From NCBI RefSeq assembly GCF_009834535.1, contig NC_045696.1, positions 87,608,001 through 87,672,000 on the forward strand: a DNA stretch of 64,000 nt. The letters are read 5' to 3'. The position numbers and the translations under genes were made by a program. A model generated the notes under the pieces. That model ran no database searches and had not been told where the DNA came from. It saw nothing but the letters and a program-made list of their open reading frames with translations. Position 1 is the first letter of the stretch, and each line of letters starts with the position of its first letter. The DNA comes from Camelus ferus (Eukaryota). Shown here piece after piece: positions 1 to 12,804 of this stretch.

Positions 1-868
1 TGGATATCATCAGCCTTTGCAGTTATTAAAAGATGATCACCAGAAATTTACAAAGCTGGATTTTGAAATACCATATCTTCATTAGCGTTTTAAACAGAAA
101 TCTCCAATTTCCCCAGAGCCACCGCATTAAGCAGGATTACTTCCAGAGAGAAAGCAGGCAGCAGGCTGCACAGCTGTGCTTTCCTGTAGTCGGGGAAGGA
201 CAGGAAGTATGAGGTGTGCTCTGAAAGTTGCTGGCTAAACTAAAATTCAGCTCAACTCTGAAAAAATATTTTTTTACGGATTGCATCTTACTCGCTTAAT
301 TGAGTTCCTTCTTTTTTCCAGATAAGCAGCAGAGCTCCTTTCTCTATATTTTCCATCAGTGAGTTTCAGAACTTCCAAGTTCCTATTATATTGCTTATTA
401 AACATCTGTCAAATGAAAAGCTTGCTCAGGCCTGTTAATTGGTATGGTTTCCCATTTCCTGTCATTCTGACTTGGCCAGAAACGCAGCAAAATAAAGATC
501 TGCTAATTAGTTGTGTGGGTCTGTTACAAGTGATTTCACAGTGCAAATGGGCAGAAAAAACATTGAAAATGCTTTACATTTCTTTTTTTCTTTTTAAAAA
601 AAATCTTAGTTTTAAAACCTATGCTTAATATACACTAGTGGAAAAAGTATTATACAATAATTTTATGAAGTTTTGCCAGAATTGATGAGTGCAATTCAAT
701 ATGTATAGAATAATATTGAGGAGAATTCATATGATCTAGAAAAGATAGTAATTTCAACAGAATTATGCAGAGAGATAAACTTTTAAAAAAACATAGCAAT
801 GATGTAAGGTGACTTTAAAAGCAATTCATTATGTGAAAAGTAAGAAAAGTAAAAGTAAGACCTCCACA

Positions 869-934
<66 letters not shown>

Positions 935-941
935 TAATAAT
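869..941. repeat. (AAT)n microsatellite, (AAT)20-A-(AAT)4
   Basis: Read directly from the sequence; a single extra A interrupts the array at ~929. Confidence 0.98.
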
Positions 942-1299
942 AGTAAGGATGATACAATTTTAATAATGCATCTAGTCCCCAGCATTTTTATGCAAAGATA
1001 TAGTGAAATTGATGCTAATACAACAGAATGGAATATGGCCCATAGATCTCTTGATTTGATTCCCTCTGGCCTGTGTTTATGGCTTCTCTGGAACAGAGGT
1101 TCCCAAAATTCTAGTCTCTGGCATCTGGGGAGACCATCACTGTGGGCGCCAATGTGTTGGAGAATCTACTTTGTTCATAAATAATTTCCTTTTATTTGAC
1201 ATAGAGGTGTCTTTTGCATTTTCCTCCTAGACTGAAAAACGCATGCCATCTGTCATGCTTTTGCTGTAACTGGAACCTAGAAAGAAAAACGCAACATGA

Positions 1300-1480
1300 A
1301 CAACTATTGGGCACCTAATGTATGGGAGACACTGCCCCCTGGATATCATCATTTAATATTTTATTGTGTTTATCCATTACATTTTCCTTATGTGGAAACT
1401 GAAACTCAGAGAGAATGAGTAATTGAGGTCACACATTATAGAAGTGATATTTGAATCTATATCTGCCTAACTCCAATGAT
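1300..1480. mobile_element. MIR SINE fragment
   Basis: MIR-core-like 'ttttccttatgtggaaactgaaactcagagagaatgagtaattgaggtcacac...gatatttgaatctatatctgcctaactccaa'. A second core fragment follows at ~1590-1650 ('ttttactgatgaggacactgaggc'). Confidence 0.7.
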
Positions 1481-2004
1481 GGGAGCTTTTTTTTTGGAGA
1501 CTCTACTATATATTAAGTGGTGTTTGAAGAACTTTACATACATAAATACAGTAAACCCATACAAAAAATCTAATGAGTTAGGAAATATTAGTGTTTGCGT
1601 TTTACTGATGAGGACACTGAGGCAAATGAAGGGGGTAACTTGCACACCACGTCAGAGACCTAGAGGGAGAGTGGGCCCCCTTATCTCATAACATCCTACC
1701 CTATCAAGACTCAGATGATAGAAGGAGTGACTACATTTTCCCAGATGCTAGTGAAGAATCAGTGGGCATCCTGGGGAAGTGAGAACCTCCTTATGAAGAG
1801 CTGTGGCTGAAGGAAGGCAAGCCCAGCCACCAGCCTCTCACTCACTCTGAGCAAGAAGAGCAGATGTGATCAGTTTAAAGGTTCTATCTGGTCCAAATGT
1901 GCAACTTCTCCCCTTCCTGTCATTCATTCAGGAGACGATAGAGCCAAGATATGAAAGAATCAGCTCTGAGCCTCCTTGTTCTCCAGCCATTCATTTTTAA
2001 TGCC

Positions 2005-2284
2005 TTAGCAGTTATATTCATACAACAAATACCATTGACATCTAATGATTAAACACTGTTTCAGGTACTGTAAATATAAGATGAAATAGACCAGATCCAC
2101 CTGGCTGAGGTCTTCCGGAAAGTCTGCCTGGGAGGAGTCTTCTGGTCTGAGACTTGCAGTACGAGTAGGAATGAACATGAACAAGAGCACATGTGCGAAG
2201 GGCCTTGGGATTCGAGGACGCACAGAATACCTGAGGTACTAAAAGAGGGTCAAAGGGGCTGGACTGGGTGAGTGCAAGTGGAAG
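2005..2284 (-). mobile_element. L2 LINE fragment, interrupted by the LTR at 2285 and resuming at ~2940-2990
   Basis: Purine-rich antisense-L2-like sequence ('aacaagagcacatgtgcgaagggccttgg', 'aaggggctggactgggtgagtgcaagtggaag') continues after the LTR as 'ggtgaggctagagaggtgagcag'. Confidence 0.55.
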
Positions 2285-2939
2285 TGTTAGCACAGGCGGA
2301 TACCCAGACACGAGCAGAGAAAGGGGGACTCAAGCCAAATGGCAGGAATTGGGCAGAAAGGAGGGGCACAGGCCAAATGCAAGAAACCATCCATTATGTA
2401 AGCACCAGAGGTCCCTGGGCAGAGAAAGAGAGGCAGGAACCTCTGGGCTGATAAGTTGTCATACCTCTGGGAGAGATAAGCAGTTGGGAGGCCAACAAAG
2501 AAAGGTGAAAAAAGGCAGGAATTTCCAGTGTCCGAATGTAACCTTTTGCTCATTATGCCCTCATTACAATAAAATTAGCCTTGAAGATTAGAAGTACCCA
2601 TCATGCACCGCCACCATGACACTTTTGATCTAGACTAAATAAGGACAAAAACCCCTCCTCCCTTTGGGAAGGTGGAGTTGGGATGAAAACTAGGGAATAC
2701 AACCGCAGACCCTTCCCTCCCTAATTAAAATTCTGCCAATTCATTTTCACACCCTACGTAACTAACTTGCCAAAGAAACTCAGGACAGCCTCTCACCTGA
2801 GCCTGCAAACTCTCCCCTTGAGAGGGTACTATCCATCCTTTAATAAATCCTCACTTTACTTTTTTAACCACTATGTCTTGTCTCTAAGTTCTTTCTGGGA
2901 TGGGACATAAACCTGGAACACTGGTTACATCCACTAGCA
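2285..2939 (+). mobile_element. Solo ERV LTR (~655 bp)
   Basis: Begins TGTTAG and ends CTAGCA (TG...CA, imperfect terminal inverted repeat). AATAAA at 2842-2847 is followed by a U5-like T/C-rich tract. More GC-rich than its flanks and splits an L2. No clean TSD seen. Confidence 0.75.
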
Positions 2940-3949
2940 ATAGAAAAGATGTGCTAGGTGAGGCTAGAGAGGTGAGCAGAGGTGCTAGACTTAGGCAATG
3001 CTTGTTTTGAGTTACCTGCTGTCATATCTGATACTTAAACAGAGAGTCTTTGAGAATTTGAAATTCAGAGAGTCTGGGATTCTAGGGCAATGAGTCCATG
3101 TTGCCTATATCCATCAAACTCCTGTTTAACAATCAGTTACTTCTACTGAGCTAAGCTGCCCCTTGGGTCTAAAGGAAGGGGTGTGGAGGGCTCAAATGAG
3201 AGTTTTTACCCTGCCAGAATCCAGGATAGTGGGAACACGTAAAGGATTTTCATTCCTCCAAGTTCCAGACCCTAAAATGAGTCAAGACCCTTGCAGTTGA
3301 GAATTCTAAAGCAAAGATTAGTGTAAGCTTGAGCTAGACCTTGAGAGGGAGAGAGGGATTGGGAGAGAGAGAGAGAGAGATTGAATACTGTAAAAGGCAA
3401 TTTGTGGACTCTAGAGGGAGGGTCTCTATTTGCCTATACTCTGCCTTTGGGGAACTAGGGAAAAGTGCTACTTTAGATGAATGATTAAAAATAAAGCATC
3501 TCCTCTGGACAGACAGCTTTGTAAGCAGAGGGTGCTCTTTGTGTGGAGTACTAGGTGCCCTCTCTCCCAGGTGGACACAGCCCAATGCTGTGCAGGCTAG
3601 GGGAGCAGAACCAGAGCTGGATTTTGACCTGGATTTTGTTTTCCTTTGAAAAACTGATTATAGGTTGCAATCTGGGTCTGAATGGAAAAGCAGCTAAAGA
3701 CCCATAAGGATCTTTGGGGTGAGCTGGCTACAGGAGAGCTGCAGAGAGCAGAAAAGCTCAGCAGATTCCACCTGAATCTTGAGGGCTAGAGGGTGACAGC
3801 TTCTGCAGCTGGTGCCCTGACAAGGGAATGACAATTTTCAGGTCTGTAGGCAGCTGGTCCCACAAGGAAAGATGCTGGTCATGCCTTTACTTAAAAGATC
3901 CCTCCTGCATAAACGTATCTCAGCAGCTAAGTATGAGTCCCACTGAGTA

Positions 3950-5290
3950 ATTCCACACAAGAGAAGCAAGCAGACAAGACAAATCATAAAAGGCGGCTCC
4001 AAACAGAATGTAACTATGTGAAGACACAGTTGACACTTTGAATAAAAAAAGAATGGTAAGGGCAGTTGCTCAGTTACAGTGTTAAAAAATGCTATATGAA
4101 AGTTGAAAATATTGTTTTAGAATTAAAATATTCTAGAGATGAATTCAAGAAGGAGATGGTCATGGTAGAGACCTGATTTATTAGCTTGGGAGATTGAGAA
4201 TCTGGGCTGGAATATACAAAGGAAAAGATTTTGGAGGCAGAAGCGAGAAATTCACAAAACTAAAAAGTAAGTGATGAAGGAGAGAAAATACTTAACCAAA
4301 TAAACTAAGAGTAGATTAAAAACACTAAACATGGTAAAGGGAAATTCTATAGTGGCAAAATGCTCAATTTTGAAGAGTATAAACACTGTAACAAACAACA
4401 GCATCAAAATGTATCTGCCCAACATATTAATCCAAAAACTATTATAAATGCAATTAGAATATAATGAACATAAAATAGTGGGAAAATTTTAATAACTATT
4501 CCAAAATCTGACAGAACTAGCAGCTAAAAATAAGCAAAGGCATAGTGGAATTAAATAAATAAAATCACCAAAAACTACTTAATAAGTCTACTAAATAAAG
4601 AATATATGTTTTTGGTTTGCCATGGAAATATACTTAATTAAAAAAAAAGTGTATACTTAGCACAAATAACTAATAACATTTAAAAAAGTTAAGCCGTAGT
4701 TTAGAAGCATCAAAAATTTGAAATAAAGAATAAATGTTAACCTCAAACACCCTGACTTTCTGAAAATTAAGAAACATTATCTTAAATATACTTTGAGTCA
4801 AAGAATTTTTAAAAATTAAAATTAGACATTATCTAGAAAATAATGTAAAAAAGAGAAAATATTTCATCAAAACTTACAGAATATAGCAAAATGTATCTTC
4901 AAACATGTCTACAAATATGAAAGAAATCCTAAAGATAAAGAAAATCAATACTCAAACTTAAGGATTTTTTAAAAATAAACAAAAAGAAATCAAACAAAGT
5001 AGGAAAATTGAAATGACTTTGAAAAGGGACTAAAGTTAATGAAATATAAAAGAAAATATTCTTTAAAAACCCAAGCTATTTCTATTCTACTTTATTCTAT
5101 TCTATTTACTTTATATATTTATTTTCTTATGTGATTCAATTTATTTTGTATATTTGTGCATCTCAAAAAATAGGTAAGTAGGAAAACAAAGAATCCAAGA
5201 AAGCAAAGCATTCAAGATTAGAAATAAGAAAGAGGACTTGCCAGCAATATGTAATACCTTCCAAGAGACCAACATTACATCATTCTTTAA
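3950..5290 (+). mobile_element. Ancient, highly decayed L1 (L1M-type) ORF1/ORF2-endonuclease region remnants
   Basis: A-rich strand with L1 ORF2 5' motifs: 'aaaatagtgggaaaattttaata', 'gaaaattaagaaacattatcttaaatatactttgagtcaaagaa', 'catcaaaacttacagaatatagcaaaa'. No open frame. Confidence 0.65.
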
Positions 5291-5609
5291 TAATAATTTG
5301 CCCAGTGTTGCCCTAGTAATCATGCTAACCTTTCTCCTCTGACTTCACTACGGGGGGTTTGAGGGCACAGGGAGTATCAGCAACATTTAGGAGCCCTGGG
5401 GTCAAGTTGTAGCACAACATTTTAGCCTTTCAGGGGTCTTCACTGAATTCTTTCAAGCTTAGAAATCATTTTAACAAACTAAAAACTGGGTAACTGTAAA
5501 TGGTCTTAAATTTAATTTTGAGAATAAGCACTTTATCTTTCTAATCCCTGGTGATATGGCATGTGCCCTGCCTTTTAAAAAGCTGCTACTAATACCTTAA
5601 TCTGTAGAA

Positions 5610-5745
5610 AATGTATGAGTTTTTCAAAATGCTTTCTCCAGTATTATCTCAGTTTATCTTGACAACAGACCTGTGAGCCAGGCAAGAGGCTTGGATCCCT
5701 AATTCCTATTTTACACAGGAAGAAAACAGAGACCCAGGAGAAATT
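5610..5745. mobile_element. MIR SINE fragment
   Basis: 'attatctcagtttatcttgacaacagacctgtgag...cctattttacacaggaagaaaacagagacccagg'. Confidence 0.7.
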
Positions 5746-6874
5746 TAAATCTGGTGATTTTTCCACAAACCACACTTCATTTCCTTTTTTCCCCTAATGT
5801 CAATCGTTACTGTAAATAACTGCATACCATCCCTACTGATAACCATCCAGGCCTTTATAGGATATTCCTGCTACTTACAGCATGAGTGACGACTAAGCCA
5901 TATATGTTTGACCACTTGTGCTCTATATAGGTTATTTTGTTCTGTAAATGCAAGGTATATACAAATTCTCATTTTTATCACAAAGATAAGTTTAATTCTC
6001 ATTGCATGCCATCTAGTGAAATCACAACATCAGTTTTAACTTCATCTCTCTCCATTCCACATTCTGCCCTCTACACATACACCTAGTATTTCTTGCTATT
6101 GATTTATCACTTGAATTATTTCTTGCAATCTGATTTATCACCTTTTCAGGGCATAATCTCTGCCTATCCACACCGCTCCCAGTTTTTCATTAAGATGCAC
6201 ACGTGCAAGAGGGGATTAAAAGAGAGACAGAAAGAGAGAGAAGGAAAAGCCAGAGAGAAAAGGAAGTAAACCCTCAATAAAGCCTCTCCTCAGTCCCTCA
6301 GGTAAGTCAATTGCTCTGTTCTGTGAGCTAAAAACATTTTTGAAATATATTTGCAACAGGACACCTATTTCACAATTTTCTTCTTATCTTTTGAGCTCCC
6401 TCATAAGTTTTATTACAGCCATGCTCACAAGCCCAACCCCAAGCCACAGAAGTTGTAGAACTTGCAAACTTTGGACCCATAATCTGTGTGTCATGAAGGT
6501 GAGTTTTTCTAGGCTCCCAGCGGGGAGGAAATCTTGAGCTGGTTCAGATTAGCATCAACTAACTACTAGCACCAAATATTGGCAAAGGGGAAGATTACCC
6601 TCTGGGTAATGGGGCATCCCTACCCCTCATGCCTCCACCTTCTTATAGAATGGGATGGAGGTGCTTAAAAATGCCCTGAAGTCTGAAGATTGTAGACAGT
6701 CCACAGTGGACAGCTTGAATGGAATGAGTGTAGTTTTGAAATGACTTTTGCTGGGTAATCCATTGTAACACAAGGGCAGCTGGAGATGCAGACCTCTCAC
6801 AGAATGACATAAACACAGATTTCCATTTCATATACACATTCTGGTTAAGAGCTACTTGGATGAGACTGCAAACT

Positions 6875-6964
6875 GGGTGCGGTTGTGGGTAATAACTCAG
6901 TGGTACGGTGAACACAGGGTACTGGGTTCTATCCCCAGTACCTCCATCAGGAAGAAAAAAAAAA
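6875..6964 (+). mobile_element. tRNA-derived SINE, Vic-1-like (camelid), internally shortened
   Basis: A-box-like TAACTCAGTGG (6893-6903), B-box-like GGTTCTATCC (6925-6934), then 'ccagtacctcca' and an A-rich tail. Partial TSD 'gcaaactg' on both sides. Confidence 0.75.
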
Positions 6965-7564
6965 GAGTGAGAGAGAGACCATTAGCAAACTGAGGAATAC
7001 AGGAAGAGTGTTGAACAAAAGCTTGGAAGATAGAAAATAGCAGGTAGATTTAGGGAATAAAAGAATGCTAATTGCATAGAAAAAAGATATTTAATGGGAA
7101 ATAATTGCTAGTTAAGGCAAAAATGATAGATCATGCAGGGGCCTGAATGCTATGAAATAACACATCAGTGGGGGGGCTGACAAAATTGGAGCCATTGTTT
7201 CTGAAGATAGAGTTGGAGCATAAGACAGATAAGAAGGCCAGTTATGAAGCTACTATAATAAAGCAGCTAAGAGAAACTAGGGCAATTACCAAAAGACTGG
7301 CAAGACAAAGATGAGGAATATTCCAGAGATAAATCCCAGTGATGCTGGGACAACTTCATACAGTTACAATCAAACTCCCATTTATTGTAGTGGAAGTTCC
7401 AGAAGAGTAAGGAGTCCACCTTATTATCCAAAGACCTTTGCTGAATATTCTTAATTAGAAACCTATCACTATTAGAAAGCTGTCTGCATCAGTGCTGTAC
7501 TGTCTGATTTTTAAGTTTAGCAAAAACCATGCCTTTATACCTATATGCACCTATTAAAGAATAT

Positions 7565-8330
7565 ACTTACTCACTCAGCAAATATTATCAAATATTTATA
7601 AAGTGCTGTGCACTTTCCTAGGCTCTGGAGATACAGTTGCAGTGAGTGAACAAAACAAAATTTGTGCCCTCAGGTAGCTTACGATCTAGAAGAGGGAAAT
7701 GGATACTACATTAATATATAAATAAAATATCAGATGATGATAAGAACTAGAGAAAATTAAAGCCAGGAAAGGGGGTAGTGAGGGGATAGGTTCCAATTTT
7801 AAAGAGGGTGGCCTCGCTGAAAGATGATTTTTGAGGAAGACCTCGAAGGAGGGGAGGAAATGAACCATGTGTGGAGAGGGGACAAGAGTTACAACAGAGG
7901 GAACAGACCCTGAGATCCAACTGGGTCTAACATGTTCAAACAAGTTCACTGAAGACAACATAGCTGAAGGAAGGAGGGTAGGAAAAATATTAGTAGAAGA
8001 TATGGTTAGTGACATGTTGGGTCCTAACTATGTAGGACACTTTAGGTCACCATAAAGACTTGGGGTTCAGCTTTTACTCTGGTGGAGAAGGGATCCCACT
8101 GGAGGGTCTTGAGCAGGGGAGTAAGGGGATCTAACTGAAGTTCTAACAGGCCGATTCCATCTACTGCAGGTACTCAACTGTTGGGAGTAGGGCAAAGAGT
8201 AGGAAGCTCAGTTGGGAGGCAATTGCAAATACAGGATAGAAAACAGAAGGCATCGGCCTAGACCAGGGAGGAGGTGGTAGAGGGGTTCAGAGTGGTCAAG
8301 TTTTGTACCTATGTCGAATAATAGAGAAAA
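7565..8330 (-). mobile_element. L2 LINE 3' portion
   Basis: Antisense L2 3' end 'tcactcagcaaatatt...ctaggctctggagatacag...aacaaaacaaaa...gccctca', followed by typical body motifs ('ttaggtcaccataaagacttgggg...tttactctg...ccactggagggtcttgagcaggggagt'). Confidence 0.85.
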
Positions 8331-9204
8331 GATGATTCTCCTGAGCCCGGTTATTGATGAACAACGTTCTTGAAGTTATGCAAGTATAAAGGTGAATATT
8401 TGGGCCTCAAAATGAATTTAAATTTTAAGCCAGACTGTTCAGTCACTCCATCTTCCCTGAGCCCTAGTCAATGGTCCAGAGTCCTCCAATTATTTTAGCT
8501 GTTGCCAAAACACACTCTAACACTGGCTAACCTATACAGACTGGTATGTGCATGTCAATCAGTACAACATCGTCCTTACCCAGGGATACGCCAGCATTCA
8601 TGCGCATAGTCAAGGATTTTCCAGCTAGTTCATCCTGTATCCTTAGTACCTCTTTTGCCTATTTTTCACATTTAGTACAGGTGCATTTAATTGAATTATG
8701 TAAAGAAGATGACAGACTATTTGACATCTAGAGGAATCCTGTCTGTTCTAAAGCTTTTTAAAATTCAAAACTGAGTTTTAAATTTAAAATAAAGCTTGCC
8801 AATGTCATTGATATGAACTGCACATTGTGATTAATGAACTGTCAGTGAGCATACTTAGAGACGACTAGTTCTGGACTACTTCTGAGGTTAACTAAGGAAA
8901 AGGAAAAACTTGAGAAAAATTGATATGCATAAGGCTAATTTTAAAAATTAAAGTTTAATCTTAATATGTATGTATTCTTACATAAAGTAAAAAAATCTAA
9001 CAATAAGTTAATTTTTATTGACTTCAGTTGTTTACTTCACTCAAAGGGACACACTTGCACTTGTGATAACAGCAAGGATTTCTAATAAATTTATTATTTT
9101 TAATATTATTAAATTAATTAATATTAAGTAATTTTATATTATATTAAATGGTAATAATAAATTTATTATTATTTATTATTGCTTTTCAATACATAGAAAA
9201 GCAT

Positions 9205-9940
9205 TTGCTTGGGTTTTAGTTTCAGTTGTTGGAGTAAGCACACTCCACCATGTCTTTTCCTTTGACTGTAACTATAAAACCTGGGAGGCTGTATGGAGTT
9301 ACTATCTGAGGACTCTGAACATTAAGTGGTAGCAGGTAGACTGGGGAAGAAGATGGCAGTCTGAAGTATTAAGGAGCCTGTGGTGAGTTCTCCCACTTTC
9401 CTTTTTCTCCAGTGTCCCAGCCTAAAGTCAGGTAGTCCCAAACCTGGAAGCAGGCACTGGGGGCTAGGTAGAGACCTCTAGCAGAGTTTCTCTAACCCTG
9501 GTTCTGAACAAACCTGTAGCTGTGGCAGTAGCACCCCCAAAGGGACCCCCATGGGAACCAAAAATTATTAAAGAGTCGAATTTTCCTGTCCAGTCAGTGC
9601 AGCCATGGTCCCAAGCGCGGGCTGAATTAGCTTTGCAATTTTCCCTTGCAATTTTGACTTGGCTCCAGATGTTGGCGCAATCACGAAAGTATGTACCAGC
9701 GTTGGGGAACTAAAGCCCCCGCTTTATGGCAAAAGGACCAAAAAGGGAATTCTCAGGGAACCAGAAGAACCCAGGAAATTGCAGAGGGCTCAGGAAAGCA
9801 AGCTCATAAAGTTATTTATAAAAATCCTGGGCTCCTTTCCCAGAGCTGTACATGCATGAATCTGATCCTAGTCAGCAAACTAAGACTTTAAGAACTGAAC
9901 TAACAGAAAACTGCCTGTTGAATGTACAGGCTGCTGAATG
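9205..9940 (+). mobile_element. Old L1 (L1M/L1MC-MD-like) 5' UTR fragment
   Basis: Motifs resembling old L1 5' ends: 'ctatctgaggactctgaa...tagcagg...ggtgagttctccc' and 'gctgtacatgcatgaatctgatcctagtcagcaaactaagactttaagaactgaac'. Confidence 0.55.
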
Positions 9941-10529
9941 GCCCGCAATGCACAGAATTTACCTGCACTGATGCTGAAACCACAGCTGTACTGAAGTCAA
10001 GGGAGCTATCATTTTCCCCCACAAATATGCAGTCAACACTGCTGCAGACTTTGCTGGAATCAAAATGCTTTCTTATTGGTGAATAGCAAAGTCTAACAGT
10101 GTATTACTCCATAACAACAAATTTGATAGTATTCGATATGATTTACTCTGTGAATACAGTAGCTGACGGTGTTCCCCTCTTAACTGTTAAAATGTTCACT
10201 TTTCTTTGTTTATTTTTAAAATAAAAATGCATACTTATGAGAGCAATGCTAGAAAATACATATTTCAAGTAAAAAACTGTCTAAAGATATCTCAATTTTT
10301 GCTTCCAGTCTTATTTTTCCCCTACAAAACTTTGGTTTATACATTTTTTAAATTGCTTTCACATCGAAGGTCTTTTATGAGTATTTGCTGATTTATATTA
10401 TTTTTATTTAGCTATCGTGCATATAGGGGATTGCTTACCAGTTGTCACTTTAAATGGTGATGCAAGGAAAATTTTTTGGCAAATGTTTTTTCACATTTAT
10501 GCACCTTTCTCTCTCTCTCTCTCTCCCAC

Positions 10530-11240
10530 TCGTAGCAGATTTACTGAGGTATAATTGACATGCAATGAAATGCACGTAAAGTGTATTATTTGATCAATTT
10601 TGACAGATGCATACACCCTTCAAAGAATCACCACAGTCAAGATGCTGAACACGTACATCAGCCCCAAAAGCTGTCCCTTTGTGATGCTACTCTCCTGCCT
10701 CTCAGCCTCTTCCCTGGGTATCCAGTGATGTGCTTTCTGGCACTGGAGACTTGATTGCATTTTCTGGAGTGCAGGTATATTTTAAGATAAATTTATAAAC
10801 TACAATTTACTGTCACATATATTATGGAATTGCCAAATTAAGTGACAGGTATTGTCAAATTCCTTTCAAAGAATCTGTATCAATTCATTTCTTCAGCAAC
10901 ATATACAAGACAGTTTGGTTTTGTACACCCTTGTCAAAACTGGGTTTCATTAAATTTGTTGTTTTCTGCTCTAAAGGAAAGAAAAAAATAAAAAACCGCC
11001 TTGCTATTGTTTTCACCTATTTTCACTGAATTGAATGAAGAGAAATTTTGTTTCATGTTTATTGGTAATGGATGTTCATACTTCTTGTAAAAATCTCCTG
11101 TTCATGTCATTTGCCTAGTTTTGGATTGAGCTGCATTTTTTTTGATTAATAAGAGCAATTTTAATATTCTAAAGTAAGCCTTTTCTGTTATAGATGATTT
11201 AATTGCTTTTCAAAAATCATTTTGGTCTTTTTCTCTAACA
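10530..11240 (-). mobile_element. Old L1 (L1MC/ME-like) 3' end fragments
   Basis: 'tttactgaggtataattgacatgcaatgaaatgcac...caccacagtcaagat', 'gaattgccaaatt', 'ctcctgttcatgtcatttgcctagtttt'. Confidence 0.75.
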
Positions 11241-12804
11241 GAATAAAAAATATTAAATTATATATATAATTAAGGCATCCTAATCAGTTCATTGGAAACA
11301 GAAGATAAGTTTTTGTAAGTAGTTCGAGTTTTTTTTACAAATAGACAAATAAATAGGAAAAGTTCATTCCATAACTTCACAATATCTCCTAACATTAAAT
11401 CCAGATGCATCAAAAAAAGAAATTACAAGTATACCAGAAGATCAATGCTAAATGTGCATGTAATCAGAATAGAAGGTTTATCTAAGAAAAACTCAAAAAC
11501 ATAGAAACCATATGATAAAACATATGCTTATATAAATATTGAACATTTCTGTCTCTAAAAATACTTTATTATTTTTAGTGGTCTAATCTGCATTGTTTAT
11601 AAATTTTACTATTTATAGTAAAATTTTATATGTAATTTTACTATTTATAAATTTCTGGTTATACACAAATTTACACACACAGAGTTATTTTCTACAATGT
11701 TTATATTCTATTTATTCTGCTTGTATATTAAAATGCTTTTTTCAGCAATATTTTGCAATAACGTATTTTGTGATTAAATTGATATTTGCAAAATAAATAA
11801 AGATTTCACTCAGAAAGAACAAATTATGTAAAAAATCATAATTTTAACCAGAAGAAAGCTGATCATTCATATTGCTTCAAGAATTCTTAGAAAACCCTTT
11901 TTACTGCTCTGTTAGAATAATCTAACAAGAGTGACGTTATTTGGCAAAGTAAGAAGCGAGAAGGATCAGCTAATATTTAAAGCAGAGGTGATGGGTGAGC
12001 AAATATATGCAGGACATTTTAAATTTCCCAACAGCAATTTTAAGATGTGGGACATATTAAAATTTTATCTTAAATATGTTTTCAGAAGAAAAAATATATT
12101 CAGTTTTAAATTAGAATATTACATTAGAATTTTGTTTGTCATTTTCAAAATACTGTACCCAGCAGTACTAAATTAAATTTACTAAAAAAAACTGTCAATG
12201 TCTGAAACACCTGGCTGAAAATAACTTATGAATATTTCAGGATATTCTATTAATCACATGTCTGTTTTCATTATGTATCTCCTAAAATAGAATTTAAAGT
12301 GAGCACAACTGGATACATTTGGCATGAAAAGTCTAGTTAATCATACTATTTAAAGTCACTTTCATTAATTCTTTAAAATTGCCAATGTCTTATTTAGTGT
12401 GTAGAGTTAAGGGGTATTAAAATGTTTAAATTAATATCACAACTAACATTATAATCTTTGGTCCTAATTTAATTAATATTGAACCCAATTCTGGAAATAA
12501 CTTCACTGATTATTTTTGGCCATTCTAAGTGAAGAGACTAAGGAGACAGTTGTCTTAAAATGGCTTGAGAAAGTTAGGAGAGACTTCATGATGAAAATGC
12601 TAGAGGCGTTGTATATTCCAGGAATTTTGACTCTTTCTATAGTCCTGCAGGGTTTGAGAAGAAGAATGGAGCAGAGCATGTAGGTGGGGTGGGAAGTGAG
12701 CTTGTATTTTTCACAGGGGTCATACTGAAGGCTGTGGATGCAAAGCAAAAAGTTTTGATTTTTTTAACCATAAGGCCAATATTTCTTAATCTTTTAAAAA
12801 TCAT

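Noticed and set aside
6150..6307. Perfect donor CAG|GTAAGT at 6299-6307 with an upstream acceptor at ~6149
   Set aside because: The intervening sequence is low-complexity purine-rich and the donor context resembles decayed L2; isolated consensus donors are expected by chance in 64 kb.
6885..6945. Possible tRNA gene (A and B boxes present)
   Set aside because: No cloverleaf (anticodon arm missing); has an A-rich tail and SINE-type 3' sequence, so it is called a SINE.
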